A DNA stretch of 64,000 bases from Schizochytrium sp. TIO01 (GCA_004764695.1 SMSO01000005.1:1674001-1738000); one strand, 5' to 3'; numbered from the stretch's first letter, positions 25,587 to 35,838 are shown. Translations and numbers: made by a program. The notes: generated by a model not told the origin, from the letters alone.

Positions 25587-27113
25587 CTACGCAAGCGATC
25601 CCTCCGAGGATGCATGAAGATGAATAATGCGCTGTCGGCGAAGAGCATTGAGGTATCGTGACGGAAGGTGGACATTGAACATTTTGGGAGTGAGCACGAT
25701 ATCACTCATGCTCAACGCTGGGTCAACTTCCTCCGCCATATAAACGTCATACCTCGTGGGGTGGTATCTACACTGCAGAGGCAAGTGAAACACTCGTCCT
25801 GCGGGAAACAAGCGATCTGTCCGAGACTGACATTCGGCACGGATCCGCTCAAGAATTGTCTTGCCCGACTCCGGGCAAGCATCATCGGTGAGACTAGCAA
25901 GCTCATCACAAGTACGCAGAAAGCCTTCCAGGCTTACAAGCGATAGGCGGCAGACTAAATCATCGCCGAGCACAAAGGAACTCACACGAGATTTAACAAA
26001 CTGAGAGCGAGCAATTTCGTGACTTACGCAGCACGGCGCGGCAAAGGATACAGCTTCGATCTGGGTTTTTGCCAATCGAGGGTCCTTTGTCCAAAGAAAC
26101 GCAAGCAGTGTTGCACAAGCACCACCGAGACTATGGCCGGTGACCTGGACTTTGTATCCTGGATTGTCTTGCAACGCAGCTTCAACAACATGCTGCACTT
26201 CGGCTTGGATGTTTTCTGCTGCCAGAAGAAATCCGCTATGCACGCTGCCAGATAGAGTCTTTCCGTCATCATCAATGATCGAAAATGGCGTTTCTTCACA
26301 GCACAAGTCTGTGACGACGTCCTGTAGACGCATAGTGCCACGGATTGTGACAACAATGCTCTGAGTAGCGTGGTCAATGCAGACGTAATGTCCAGGGCGA
26401 AACAGCCGAGACTTTTCCTGAACAAAAACGATGTCATTGCGGTCAATGCCAGTAAGCAGTTGAATTCCTCGTCGATTTGATGTCATGCCTGGGCGACCTA
26501 GGCCAAGGAATTGCAGAGTCTTCCATCCGTACGCTGCCGCGCTAAACTGCATAAGGCGGTCGAGCTTGAACAGCATAGGGCCTTCAATAAGCACGCGGCT
26601 TTCTACACCTTCACGATACCAGCGATGGGCCTGTTGGAGTTCTGCAAGGCGCTGCGCGCCTTTGTTGAGACGCATTGGGTTGCGCAATTTGAGCTTTTCA
26701 GTCATTGATGTGACGAGCGCCGCAAATCTAGTGACTGTGTTGGCAAAGACAAGTTTGAGCAGATCATCTCCAACCTTTCCTTGCGTTGCCCATGCTCTCG
26801 CGAGCATGTGGCTCTTCAGAGCGGCATTTACCATCGCGTCTGTTGCGCCCATGCCCACTACGCTAAGCCAAAAGTACGCCGAGTGAAGATAACCTCCAGT
26901 GAGCACGCTGTCGGCAAGCCTCATTTCCGCTGTGCTCAGATCATTGATGCAAATTTTATTCTGAGCATGCGCCGCAGAAGAAGACGAAGGTCTCGCGCCA
27001 AGCGGTCTCGCTAAAGAGGTCGCAGCCTTCAACGCATTCAACTTTTGCCCTCCACACTTACCCGCCCATCGTCCACCACTCCGGAGTTGAAACGGGTGTC
27101 CTAACGCCCGCAT
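25587..27113 (-). CDS. Class-3 lipase, diacylglycerol-lipase (DAGL)-like, 508 aa
   Basis: Motifs IVVTIRGTMRLQDVVTDL, VHSGF, VTGHSLGG (nucleophile Ser), SFVLGDDLVCRLS (Asp), LFPAGRVFHL and MFNVHLP (His). ATG is in AAAATG context. The N-terminus is Arg/Ala/Ser-rich and lacks acidic residues. Confidence 0.9.
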   Translation of the reverse strand: MRALGHPFQLRSGGRWAGKCGGQKLNALKAATSLARPLGARPSSSSAAHAQNKICINDLSTAEMRLADSVLTGGYLHSAYFWLSVVGMGATDAMVNAALKSHMLARAWATQGKVGDDLLKLVFANTVTRFAALVTSMTEKLKLRNPMRLNKGAQRLAELQQAHRWYREGVESRVLIEGPMLFKLDRLMQFSAAAYGWKTLQFLGLGRPGMTSNRRGIQLLTGIDRNDIVFVQEKSRLFRPGHYVCIDHATQSIVVTIRGTMRLQDVVTDLCCEETPFSIIDDDGKTLSGSVHSGFLLAAENIQAEVQHVVEAALQDNPGYKVQVTGHSLGGACATLLAFLWTKDPRLAKTQIEAVSFAAPCCVSHEIARSQFVKSRVSSFVLGDDLVCRLSLVSLEGFLRTCDELASLTDDACPESGKTILERIRAECQSRTDRLFPAGRVFHLPLQCRYHPTRYDVYMAEEVDPALSMSDIVLTPKMFNVHLPSRYLNALRRQRIIHLHASSEGSLA

Positions 27114-27148
27114 TTTGTCTTTCGATCACCAGCAACCTCAGCAACTAG

Positions 27149-27225
27149 AAGCAAGCAAGCAAGCAAACAAACAAGCTAGCCCGCAAGCAAGCAAGCTAGC
27201 CCGCAAGCAAGCAAGCAAGCCAGCC

Positions 27226-27260
<35 letters not shown>

Positions 27261-27270
27261 GAGCAAGCGA
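27149..27270. repeat. (GCAA)n compound microsatellite just upstream of the DAGL-like start
   Basis: Directly visible. Confidence 0.9.
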
Positions 27271-29973
27271 GCGCTCTGCGGCAGCAGTCCTCGGGATTTC
27301 GGCTTTGCCTGTTGTTGTTTGTGCTCTTCCCCAAGCACGCTAGCAGTTCTTCGGTTTTCTCCAGTCGGCGAGTGCGTGAGGTGCAGTGTTCCTGCCTTCC
27401 AACTACGTCAGAGGGGTCAGGAAAGATCTCTCCCGCACCCGTGCCGCGTCTCTAGCGCCGCGTTAGCCCTTTGCGGCACAGCTGTCTCTGCGGCACCTCC
27501 AAGAACTGTGCAGATTCGAAACGATCTGATCTGTTGCTTCTTCTGTTACTCCTCCCAAGTGTGTGAAAACAAATGAATAAAGAGAGAAAGAAAGAAATGT
27601 AAAAAGAAATGCAAAGCCGCCAGGGCGCCGCCCTCCTACCCTAAACCCTGAGAGTGCCCGCCTCCCTGCTAGCACTTCCTCCCCCCTCCCACTTCCTTTC
27701 AAGCAGAGAGAGAGAGAGCCAATCTGGAAAAACATAGGACTCAAGGGAGAAGAAGAGCACTCACTCACTCCCTCCTGACCGAAAGGAGCTCCAGCTCGAT
27801 GAAGATCCAAAGTCGTTGGCTCTGTGGACTTTGTTTGTTTGTTTGTTTGTTTGTTTGTTTATTTGCTTGATCGACGCATCGACTGTCTGAAGAGCTAGCT
27901 AGCTAGCTTGGAGGAGCTCAAGATGGCGGCGGCGGTCTTTTGTACCAAATAATCAACAGTAAAGTAAAGTTTTTTTTTTAAAAAAAAAAAAGTAATTAAA
28001 AAAAGTAAATAATATTATTTAAAGAATGACAGTTCGCTGGTGTACCTTCCTTCCTATCGTTTGCAGATCCTGCTTCAAGATCGCGAAAGGCGATTGAAGC
28101 AATCGATCAATTGAGTCGAGTGCAAAACGAAAGCTTCAGAAACTCCTCCGCGACGGCGGCGCCCTCCTCGCCACAGGCCGGTCGCCCTTCGAAGAGGAAG
28201 AGGACTCTGAGCACACAGAGTATGAGAGAGAGAGAGAGAGAGAGAGTGAGCTTCACTAAGCGTGGCACCATTTCAGAACACACTTCTAACAACTACAATT
28301 CTTATAACGCTGTCAGAACAAACAAAGAAACACCAAACATAGAAGAAACAAACAAACATAGAAGAAACAAAGAGGAAAATGCGATCTAAAGAGAAATCGA
28401 TCACCCATCATCGACACACAGAACGACCGGGGAACCCGCGAGGAACCCCTGCTTTCCTAAGCTTTCTTTCTTTCTTTTCTTCTTTCTTCTTTCTTTTCTT
28501 CTTTGGAAGGAGGGAGGGCACTGCTAGTGGGGAGTAGGTGACTGGTAGGCGCAAGCTGCCTGCTTATGAACGAGAAGATCGAATCTTTTAGGGTACATGG
28601 GAATGGAAAGAACTCAACGACAACAATTCACAGAACCCGAAGAGCGAAGAACCCGAAGAGCGAAGAACCCGAAGCGAGGAATCGAAGCGAGAAGGAGAGA
28701 GAGACTGGGAGGGAGGGAGGCATCGCGGGCGGGAGGGTGAATGGACGCCGTTACGGCAGGCAGAAGCCAAGGCCGGCTGCGAGAAGGAGGGAGGATACGT
28801 GCGAGAAGTTAGCGGATGGATGAACGGCTGGATGGACCAAGATGCGGAGGGTCCACGAACTTGGACGACTCGTAGGTGGACGAGAAGACAGAAGATGCGA
28901 GCGAGAGACCGAGCCGGCGGACTCTCGTGGGATGCACGACGCCGCTGCAGCTGGATAATTCTTGCGTGGATCGTGCTTGCGATCCCAGAGCTGCAGACAG
29001 ATCCACCCAGCGAGCAGGCCTCGAAAATCCGAGTTCTCACGCAGAAGGATCGCTCTTGCGGAATCAGCGAAGCGCTCCGTGTCGCTCGGTACGGGAAAGC
29101 CGAGCGCAGAGAACTCGGATGGCGCTGAGGAGGAGGAGGAGGCGCCACGTGCCTGCGTGCCTGCGTGCCTGCGTGCCTGCCTGAAACCAGATGCCTCGCG
29201 ACGATGGTGACGCGCTGAAGAAGCATCTTGGACGGTCAACGGAAGGCGGCCAACCGCCGGCGGGGCGCTGACAAGATGCGGCGCAGATGCTCCAGCTTAC
29301 CTGCTGCCTGCTCACTGCACTATTCGACGCTTTGGACATTGGACACGGATGGCGTAGTGGAACTCGAGTGCCACGAAGACTCACTCGGCTCGTGGCTATC
29401 TCTCTGTAGGTGCTCAAGAATCGTAGAAGAAGGCGTCCCATGGGCAGATTCGCAAGCTGGAACCCAATCTAAGCCAAGATCCCTTCGCCGGAAAACACCT
29501 GCGCGCCAGAGAGGAGTAGGCTACAAGATGTAAGAAGGGAAGCTCGACCAACCCTGCTGTGCGAATTGTGCGAATTGCTTTGGTTGGGCTCGTCGATATG
29601 ATGGTGGGTACGAGGAAGCAGAGCAGCCTTCGGGTCGATGGAGGAATTAATAGAATGTAGACCTGAGCGCAGCGCAGAATACTTACCTGCAAGCAAGCAA
29701 ACACAGGCATGCGTTATCGCTTAACTGGAACAGAACTTGCAGAGGAGGCTGCAGCGTTTTCTTCAGTAGAGAGACAATCTTTGACCGGACTTTCTCATTC
29801 ATGATATCAATGAAGGAATAAATAAGTAAATGAATCATTTTAATTGATCATTATAATTAATTAAATAATTGTTAACCAAAGAATACCTCTTATTAAACAT
29901 TACGCAATTTTCAGTTGTAATTGATAGAGTGTGGGCCGTAGGTTTCATGAAAAGCAAAGCTTGAATTGACTCT

Positions 29974-30068
29974 GATGCAGTTGTGCACCGTACCCTATAC
30001 TTTGGCACCTGACATAACTCTGCATCAAGTTGTGCACCAGACCCTTTACTTTGGCTTCTGGCACAACT
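29974..30068. repeat. Two diverged direct repeats (period 49 bp), each able to form a stem-loop
   Basis: agttgtgcaccgtaccctatactttggcacctgacataact (29979) versus agttgtgcaccagaccctttactttggcttctggcacaact (30028). Confidence 0.8.
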
Positions 30069-30562
30069 GGTGGTCCTTCAATATGTGTACGCATCCTTTA
30101 TTGACAAACTACTAGGGAGCGTCATGTATGTCCTTTACAATAACGAACACCACCAAGCTTGCATGCAGACTTTAGTTTGTGTGCAGCGCTTGCTCGTCGG
30201 TAGCCTAAGGTGACGACTCAAACTTCTCTGTGAGACTTCTCTGTGAGACTTCTCTGTACGTGGAGTGCTCGTTCTACTGTGTCGTTTGTAGGAGGTTACA
30301 TTACATATTTCTGCAAGAATCCCAATCTCTCAAAACATCTCGTTCTTCTCTCGAATTTTTATAATATTTATCAAGAATATCTGAGTAATAATAAGCCTTT
30401 GGACCCTAACAACAACAACGTTTTTGGGCTACAATTCCACCTTTCTTTTTTGCAGCACTCGACGCTCTTTTGATCGCAAGAGACCTCTTGCAACTCTTCA
30501 CAGCTCCCATTTGTCTTCGGCCTGTCGTCGACTTCTCTTCGCACTCGCATTCGCCACCCGCC

Positions 30563-32845
30563 ATGTCGGCCCCGGCGCGATCTGCGGAGCAGACGACTGC
30601 CATGGATCGTGCCGTTCTTCACAACCCCATCGTCGTCGCACTCATCGGCCTCGTACTCCGCTGCTCCGTCGGACTACACCCGCATGGTGGCCAGGGGAGC
30701 CCTCCGCTGTACGGCTCCTTCGAAGAGCAGAGACATTTCATGTCCGTGGCCTTGAACTTGCCCATAGACTTGTGGTACGGGCCCAACATCGCAAATGACA
30801 AGGGCGTGGCACACGGTTGTGCTGCAGATGCTGCGCGCGATTTTTGGGGCGAAGGATGCCTCATATACCCTCCTTTGGCAGCGTATGTTTCGTATGGGTT
30901 TGGGAAACTTGGAGAAAGTCTCGTGCCCGGTTTGGTGGGGCTATCACAGGAATCTCAAGGATTTGAGACACAAGAGGCACGGGCTTTCATGAGAGCCACC
31001 GTGCTGGTTTGTGATGTGGTCTTTGTGTTCTCAGCTGCGTGGCAGTTTTGTATGTTGTACTACAGGTCAAGTAAACATTTCACAATTGCGGATAAACGCG
31101 GGAGAGACGAGGCCAAGAAGTGGCAAGAAGACGGGCAAACCAGAAATGGCAAGATCGTATCAGATAACTTAAATTCAAGAATTGATGATGATATGCGTGG
31201 AGACAATCCAAGGGGACAAATGAAACATGCAGATGACAACAACAAAATTGATTACAGTGAACGTAGTAGAGAAGGCGCCGATAGTTCACGACGGAGCTTT
31301 CAAGGTCCAAGCAAGGCTCTTTCGCCCATCTCTACGCCACTAATCGACGCAGATGGAGAAGCCGAACTTCCTGATACAGCCGATCGTTTTGTTTTGTACA
31401 GTCGTTTGCCATCGTCTCTCCGGAGGAGAAAATCCTCCACCCAAGCTCAGACTTTGGAGAAAGCCAATACATGCTCTGGCGCACTTAATGTCAACGAACC
31501 TGGAGTCCGGCCAAAACATTTCTGCGATGCTCCGTCAACTACTAGAGAAGCTGATATTCTTCAGCAGACATGCCAAGACGAGGAGCAAGAGCAGCCCGAC
31601 GCGCCTATTGCGTTGGTGTCAGAGGTTTTCTTGATCATTTTGTTACAGCCTGCGTATGTGCTTGTGGATCATGGCTATTTTCAATACAGTCTGATTCACG
31701 TTGGGATGGCACTTTGGACACTGGTCCTTTGCGGTGAAGGGCGACTTTATCATGCTATGGCAGTACTGTGCCTGTCCCTTAATTACAATCAGGTGACCTA
31801 TCATTTTGCCCCGCCACTGCTAATCTACCTCCTCGCCCAGGGACGCTCGCGCTCAGTTTGTCAACAAATTGTATATATACTCTCACTTGTCGGAATTGGC
31901 GTGGGTGTTTTCGGACTTCTATGGGCCCCCCTTTGCGCAAACGCCGTGGACTTGAAAATGTGCGTGGGCACCATTGAGCGTGTTGTTCATCGTGTCGCTG
32001 CTCTCCGTCCTGACTCTTTGGGCTCACCGGCACTTTGGTCAGTTGTTCCATGGATGGCACGCTCTCTGCGTGAACTCTCCACGACTCCATTCGCACGTTT
32101 TGTCAGTGTGCTGACTACCATCATCGGCATCGCCCCATCTTGTTCTGACCTCGTAAGACACAGAAGTGCTCCTGGGATGCGACGATTAGTGTGGGCACTT
32201 TTCAACACTTCCCTCACATGCGTTCTCCTCGCCATGAGAGTGGACCGTTTTGCAGTTCTACTTCCACTCATGCCTGCTGCTCTCTTGGCAGGCGAGGTTC
32301 CTGGTCCATCGTGCTGGTTCAGTATTGCAACAGTGTTTTGTTTGTTTCCTGTCCTTGTAGAAGAGAAGCTGGGCTTGGTATATGTGGTATCGACCAGTGT
32401 TTTTGCAGCAACTTGTGGCATCTGCTTCCGCCGGGAGCTGTTTTACCTACCTCTGCCCTGGGTCGAGCAGGCTGACAACGCGGACCCACGCGGCATCCGG
32501 CATGGCATCCGTATGGTGGATGCTACGACCTACCTTCGTGTGGCACTCATGATCGCCGGCGGGATTCACGTTTTTGCAGCCGTGAGTTCCTCCAGCGTAT
32601 CATCAGAGGGCAAGCCCGCATTGTGGCTCCGTGCTCACTATGCATTCTCGTGTTTCTTCCTGTGCCTCGCGTGGATGTACGGGAACTGGTACCAATGGAT
32701 GTTGCCCACAGAGGAAGATCAGGACGACCTTTCGGCCTTCATGGATCGAGATGGTGACTCCCAGGACTGCTCTGGCATCCACCACGACCACCAGCACCAA
32801 CAAAGGGATCGTGAACTGGCCGTGCCGCCAAAGAAGGCAGATTAA
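30563..32845 (+). CDS. ALG6/ALG8-family (GT-C) ER membrane protein with degenerate catalytic motifs, 760 aa
   Basis: ALG6-type motifs are recognisable: GQGSPPLYGSFEEQRHF..NLPIDLWY, YPPLAAYVS, SQGFET, FMRATVL, LVDHGYFQY, LNYNQ, AVLLPLMPA. Multiple hydrophobic helices and C-terminal KKAD. The start is placed at ccgccATG 30563 because the track start at 30470 is TTG. An alternative ATG lies at 30602. Confidence 0.88.
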   Translation: MSAPARSAEQTTAMDRAVLHNPIVVALIGLVLRCSVGLHPHGGQGSPPLYGSFEEQRHFMSVALNLPIDLWYGPNIANDKGVAHGCAADAARDFWGEGCLIYPPLAAYVSYGFGKLGESLVPGLVGLSQESQGFETQEARAFMRATVLVCDVVFVFSAAWQFCMLYYRSSKHFTIADKRGRDEAKKWQEDGQTRNGKIVSDNLNSRIDDDMRGDNPRGQMKHADDNNKIDYSERSREGADSSRRSFQGPSKALSPISTPLIDADGEAELPDTADRFVLYSRLPSSLRRRKSSTQAQTLEKANTCSGALNVNEPGVRPKHFCDAPSTTREADILQQTCQDEEQEQPDAPIALVSEVFLIILLQPAYVLVDHGYFQYSLIHVGMALWTLVLCGEGRLYHAMAVLCLSLNYNQVTYHFAPPLLIYLLAQGRSRSVCQQIVYILSLVGIGVGVFGLLWAPLCANAVDLKMCVGTIERVVHRVAALRPDSLGSPALWSVVPWMARSLRELSTTPFARFVSVLTTIIGIAPSCSDLVRHRSAPGMRRLVWALFNTSLTCVLLAMRVDRFAVLLPLMPAALLAGEVPGPSCWFSIATVFCLFPVLVEEKLGLVYVVSTSVFAATCGICFRRELFYLPLPWVEQADNADPRGIRHGIRMVDATTYLRVALMIAGGIHVFAAVSSSSVSSEGKPALWLRAHYAFSCFFLCLAWMYGNWYQWMLPTEEDQDDLSAFMDRDGDSQDCSGIHHDHQHQQRDRELAVPPKKAD

Positions 32846-33778
32846 GTTGACCATATCGGTGTCATAAGAACCATTTGCATGGGGTTGTTCTCTTCGTAGG
32901 GTTGACCTATGGTGAGCTTCAGGCTTGTAACGCTCATCTCGGAATCCCAAACTCGAAGAGAAGAGAAGAAAAGCTTCCCCACCTGTGAAAGTGGGCTCAG
33001 ACTCGGAGTACGAGTGTTACGAATGCCGTTACTAAGTGGTTCATTGGAAACTGTTGTGAGAATCCGGCACGCTCTGAATTACACACGAGGCTCAGGTACT
33101 TCAACGCGTACACTGTGAAGACCTTCCTTGAATGTGGTGCGGAATGAAGCTTGAATAGTAGACGGGACAAGGCAAGCGCTGCTGCTGCAGCAGCAGCAGC
33201 AGCGGTGGTAGTACTTTCGTTCGTAAGATGATGATGTGACATAGACGAGACTGTATTCAGGATGCGATGTCTGTTTTCATGTCTCTTTTATGTATTGTAT
33301 TAGTGATTACTTTTTATATCTTATTTATATTTTTAAAAAAAATGATCGAATAAAAACATGAGTAGTTGTGTTGAGAGGCAGGGAGGGGAGTATTCGCTCC
33401 CTAGGCTGAGACATTGTGTCTTTGGATGGCCCAAGGTGGAGCCGAAAAGTTCAAAAATGGAACAAGTGGAGCCGCTAGCGCGCGTGAGTGGATTTTAATT
33501 CTTCACCTAAAGTAGCGATCCCTATTGAATTTCAATCGTAGGGTTTGTTTGTGCGGATGTGTACATGACGGCAAGGGTCGCAGCCCATGGCGGCGGGAGC
33601 AGACAGCCCCCGGCTGGTGTAGAAGCAAAGCAAAAACAACTGGCATTGTTTGTGATTGATTGTTGGTATTGCAGCACGCCTCGGAAAACATCTAAGGAGC
33701 GCGGTGTCGCATGCGTAAAATCAACAAAGAGCAAGCAGGTAAGCGTGTGAGGGTACATTGGCAACCATGGAGTGAAGA

Positions 33779-34291
33779 TTACATTTTTGACCGGAATTGC
33801 TTCTCGGCAAGAAGAGCAATGGGCACCGACACGGCGACCGTGATGACCAGGCGCTCGAGGTAGCGGTTCGTTTCCTCGAGTTCTTCATTTCGCATTTCCG
33901 CGAGGCGTGCCTTCCGCCATTGTAAAGTGACACGATCGAGCTCCTCTCTCAGTGAACGAACTTCCTCTTTCTTGCGATCAATGTCATCTTGCCACAAAAT
34001 CTGTGCTTGTTGGAGCGACTGGAATCGCGCCATTTGCGCTTCGTAAAGTTGACGGAGCTTTTCGTAATTATTCTGCTCGCGGTTCAGGTCATCGGAAACC
34101 TGCGACATCTTGTGTCGATAATGTTGTGTCGCTCGCTGCAGCTGCTCTAGCTGCTCGCGAATCTCCTGTGGAAGCATCCTGTCGACGTTGTTGAGGTCCT
34201 GGTCTCGACCGGTTTCTTGAATGTTTTTCTCACTCAAGTTCTTCTTGGTGATTACACTGGAAGTGGCGGTTGTGGCTTCCTTGTTGTTCAT
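33779..34291 (-). CDS. Hypothetical coiled-coil protein with a C-terminal hydrophobic stretch and terminal SKM, 170 aa
   Basis: Heptad-like E/Q/R/L-rich segment, then LVITVAVSVPIALLA and EKQFRSKM*. An in-frame TGA lies three codons upstream of the ATG. Confidence 0.7.
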   Translation of the reverse strand: MNNKEATTATSSVITKKNLSEKNIQETGRDQDLNNVDRMLPQEIREQLEQLQRATQHYRHKMSQVSDDLNREQNNYEKLRQLYEAQMARFQSLQQAQILWQDDIDRKKEEVRSLREELDRVTLQWRKARLAEMRNEELEETNRYLERLVITVAVSVPIALLAEKQFRSKM

Positions 34292-35299
34292 ATGGAGTCA
34301 ACTACAATTTACGTAATCCGCGACTGAAGATGTTAACAAAGGGAAATTCACAGTGGTCTTTTGAGCGACCTTGATGGTTTTAATTCTCCCTCCACGAATA
34401 TGCAATAAATTCAGGAGTTTCCTCAAAGTGGTCAAGGAAACGACGATATCGATATGACGATCGAATCAGGGTCTTCTTCCCCCTCTCGTGCTATCTCTCA
34501 GGCCCAAGCGCTGCTCCTCGCAGTTCTTAAGGCGAGAGCCACGGCACAGAAGCAAAGCGTCAGCAAACCACTTCAAGGAAATGATGAAGCGGAATTGAAC
34601 GGACGGACGGAAGCACCACCGCAGGATGGCGCGCTTGAGCGTTTCGAGGCAGGCTCGAGGAGGCTTGCAGGCGGCGGCGGCAGCAGCAGCAGCAGCAGCA
34701 GCAGCAGCGCGGCCTCCGTCGCCCTCGCCAGCACGAAGATGGAGACGAAGATGGAGACGAAGAAGCGGTTCTGACGGCGACGATCGATCGATTGTTTGCT
34801 TCCTCTACTTTCTTTCTACTGTTATTTTTACCACTACTTACCTAAAGGCATTTTTAACTTTAATTAAAACATCCTTACTCTACTCCTCCACCTACCAATA
34901 ATACCATTACCCGCAAAAAAAATTAACATCATTTTCAATTTTTCTTTTCTCTCTTTTTCTTCAATTAATTATTTTTTTAATTTTAAAATTAATTTAAAAT
35001 TAACAATCAAAACATACGCATACAATACATTCATATATACACTCATATTCCTCTTTGTACAGGCTAAAAAGAGGTTTTCGAGTGCTCAGTTGCAGCAGTG
35101 CCTCCTACGCAAAACATTAGATAGCTCTAGCACTTTGTCCATGTTTAAAGCGAGAGCTCTTCAGGCATCAAGAGTATGGCAAATCGTCGCATACTTTGCC
35201 AAAAGGCAGGCAGTCAGTCAGTTGGTTCATTTGCCGCAGTCTGCGTCATCCAAGATCTTCACCAGCGTCGCAAACCCTCCTCCTCCTCCCTCCCACGCC

Positions 35300-35446
35300 A
35301 TGCAATTCATGCAGTTCATGCAGTTTATGCAGTTTATGCAATTCATGCAATTCATGCAATTCATGCAATTCATGCAATTCATGCAATTCATGAAACTCAT
35401 GCAATTCATGCAATTCACTCAATTCATGCAATTCACTCAATTCATT
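35300..35446. repeat. Nonamer repeat (ATGCAATTC), about 16 copies with variants
   Basis: Directly visible. It produces the MQF, HAI and CNS periodic ORFs. Confidence 0.95.
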
Positions 35447-35669
35447 ATGCATGTCCCAAGAACCGCAAATACAACAAAAACCGCCCAAGAAAGATATGAT
35501 CCGCAAACGTTAGGAATACCGACGTTGAGTGAGACGGCCTTTTCTCTCTTGAAAATTAATTAATATGCGCGGCGAAAGGAGTGTTTGATTGCGCTTCGCA
35601 AACATCGAATTTTATAATTTATAGCACGAATGCGCTATTGGAATCAGCGGTTCGATGGGGAAATGAACA

Positions 35670-35838
35670 ATGAATGAATGAATGAATGATTGATTGATTG
35701 ATTGATTGATTGAATGAATGAATGAATGAATGAATGATTGATTGAATGAATGAATGAATGAATGAATGAATGATTGATTGATTGATTGAATGAATGAATG
35801 AATGAATGAATGAATGAATGAATGAATGAATGAATGAA
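35670..35838. repeat. (TGAA)n/(TGAT)n compound microsatellite
   Basis: Directly visible. Confidence 0.95.

Noticed and set aside
35090-35563. MQF-repeat 157-aa ORF and the ORFs in its other frames
   Set aside because: The 9-bp repeat is open in nearly all frames, and the flanks show no coding signal.
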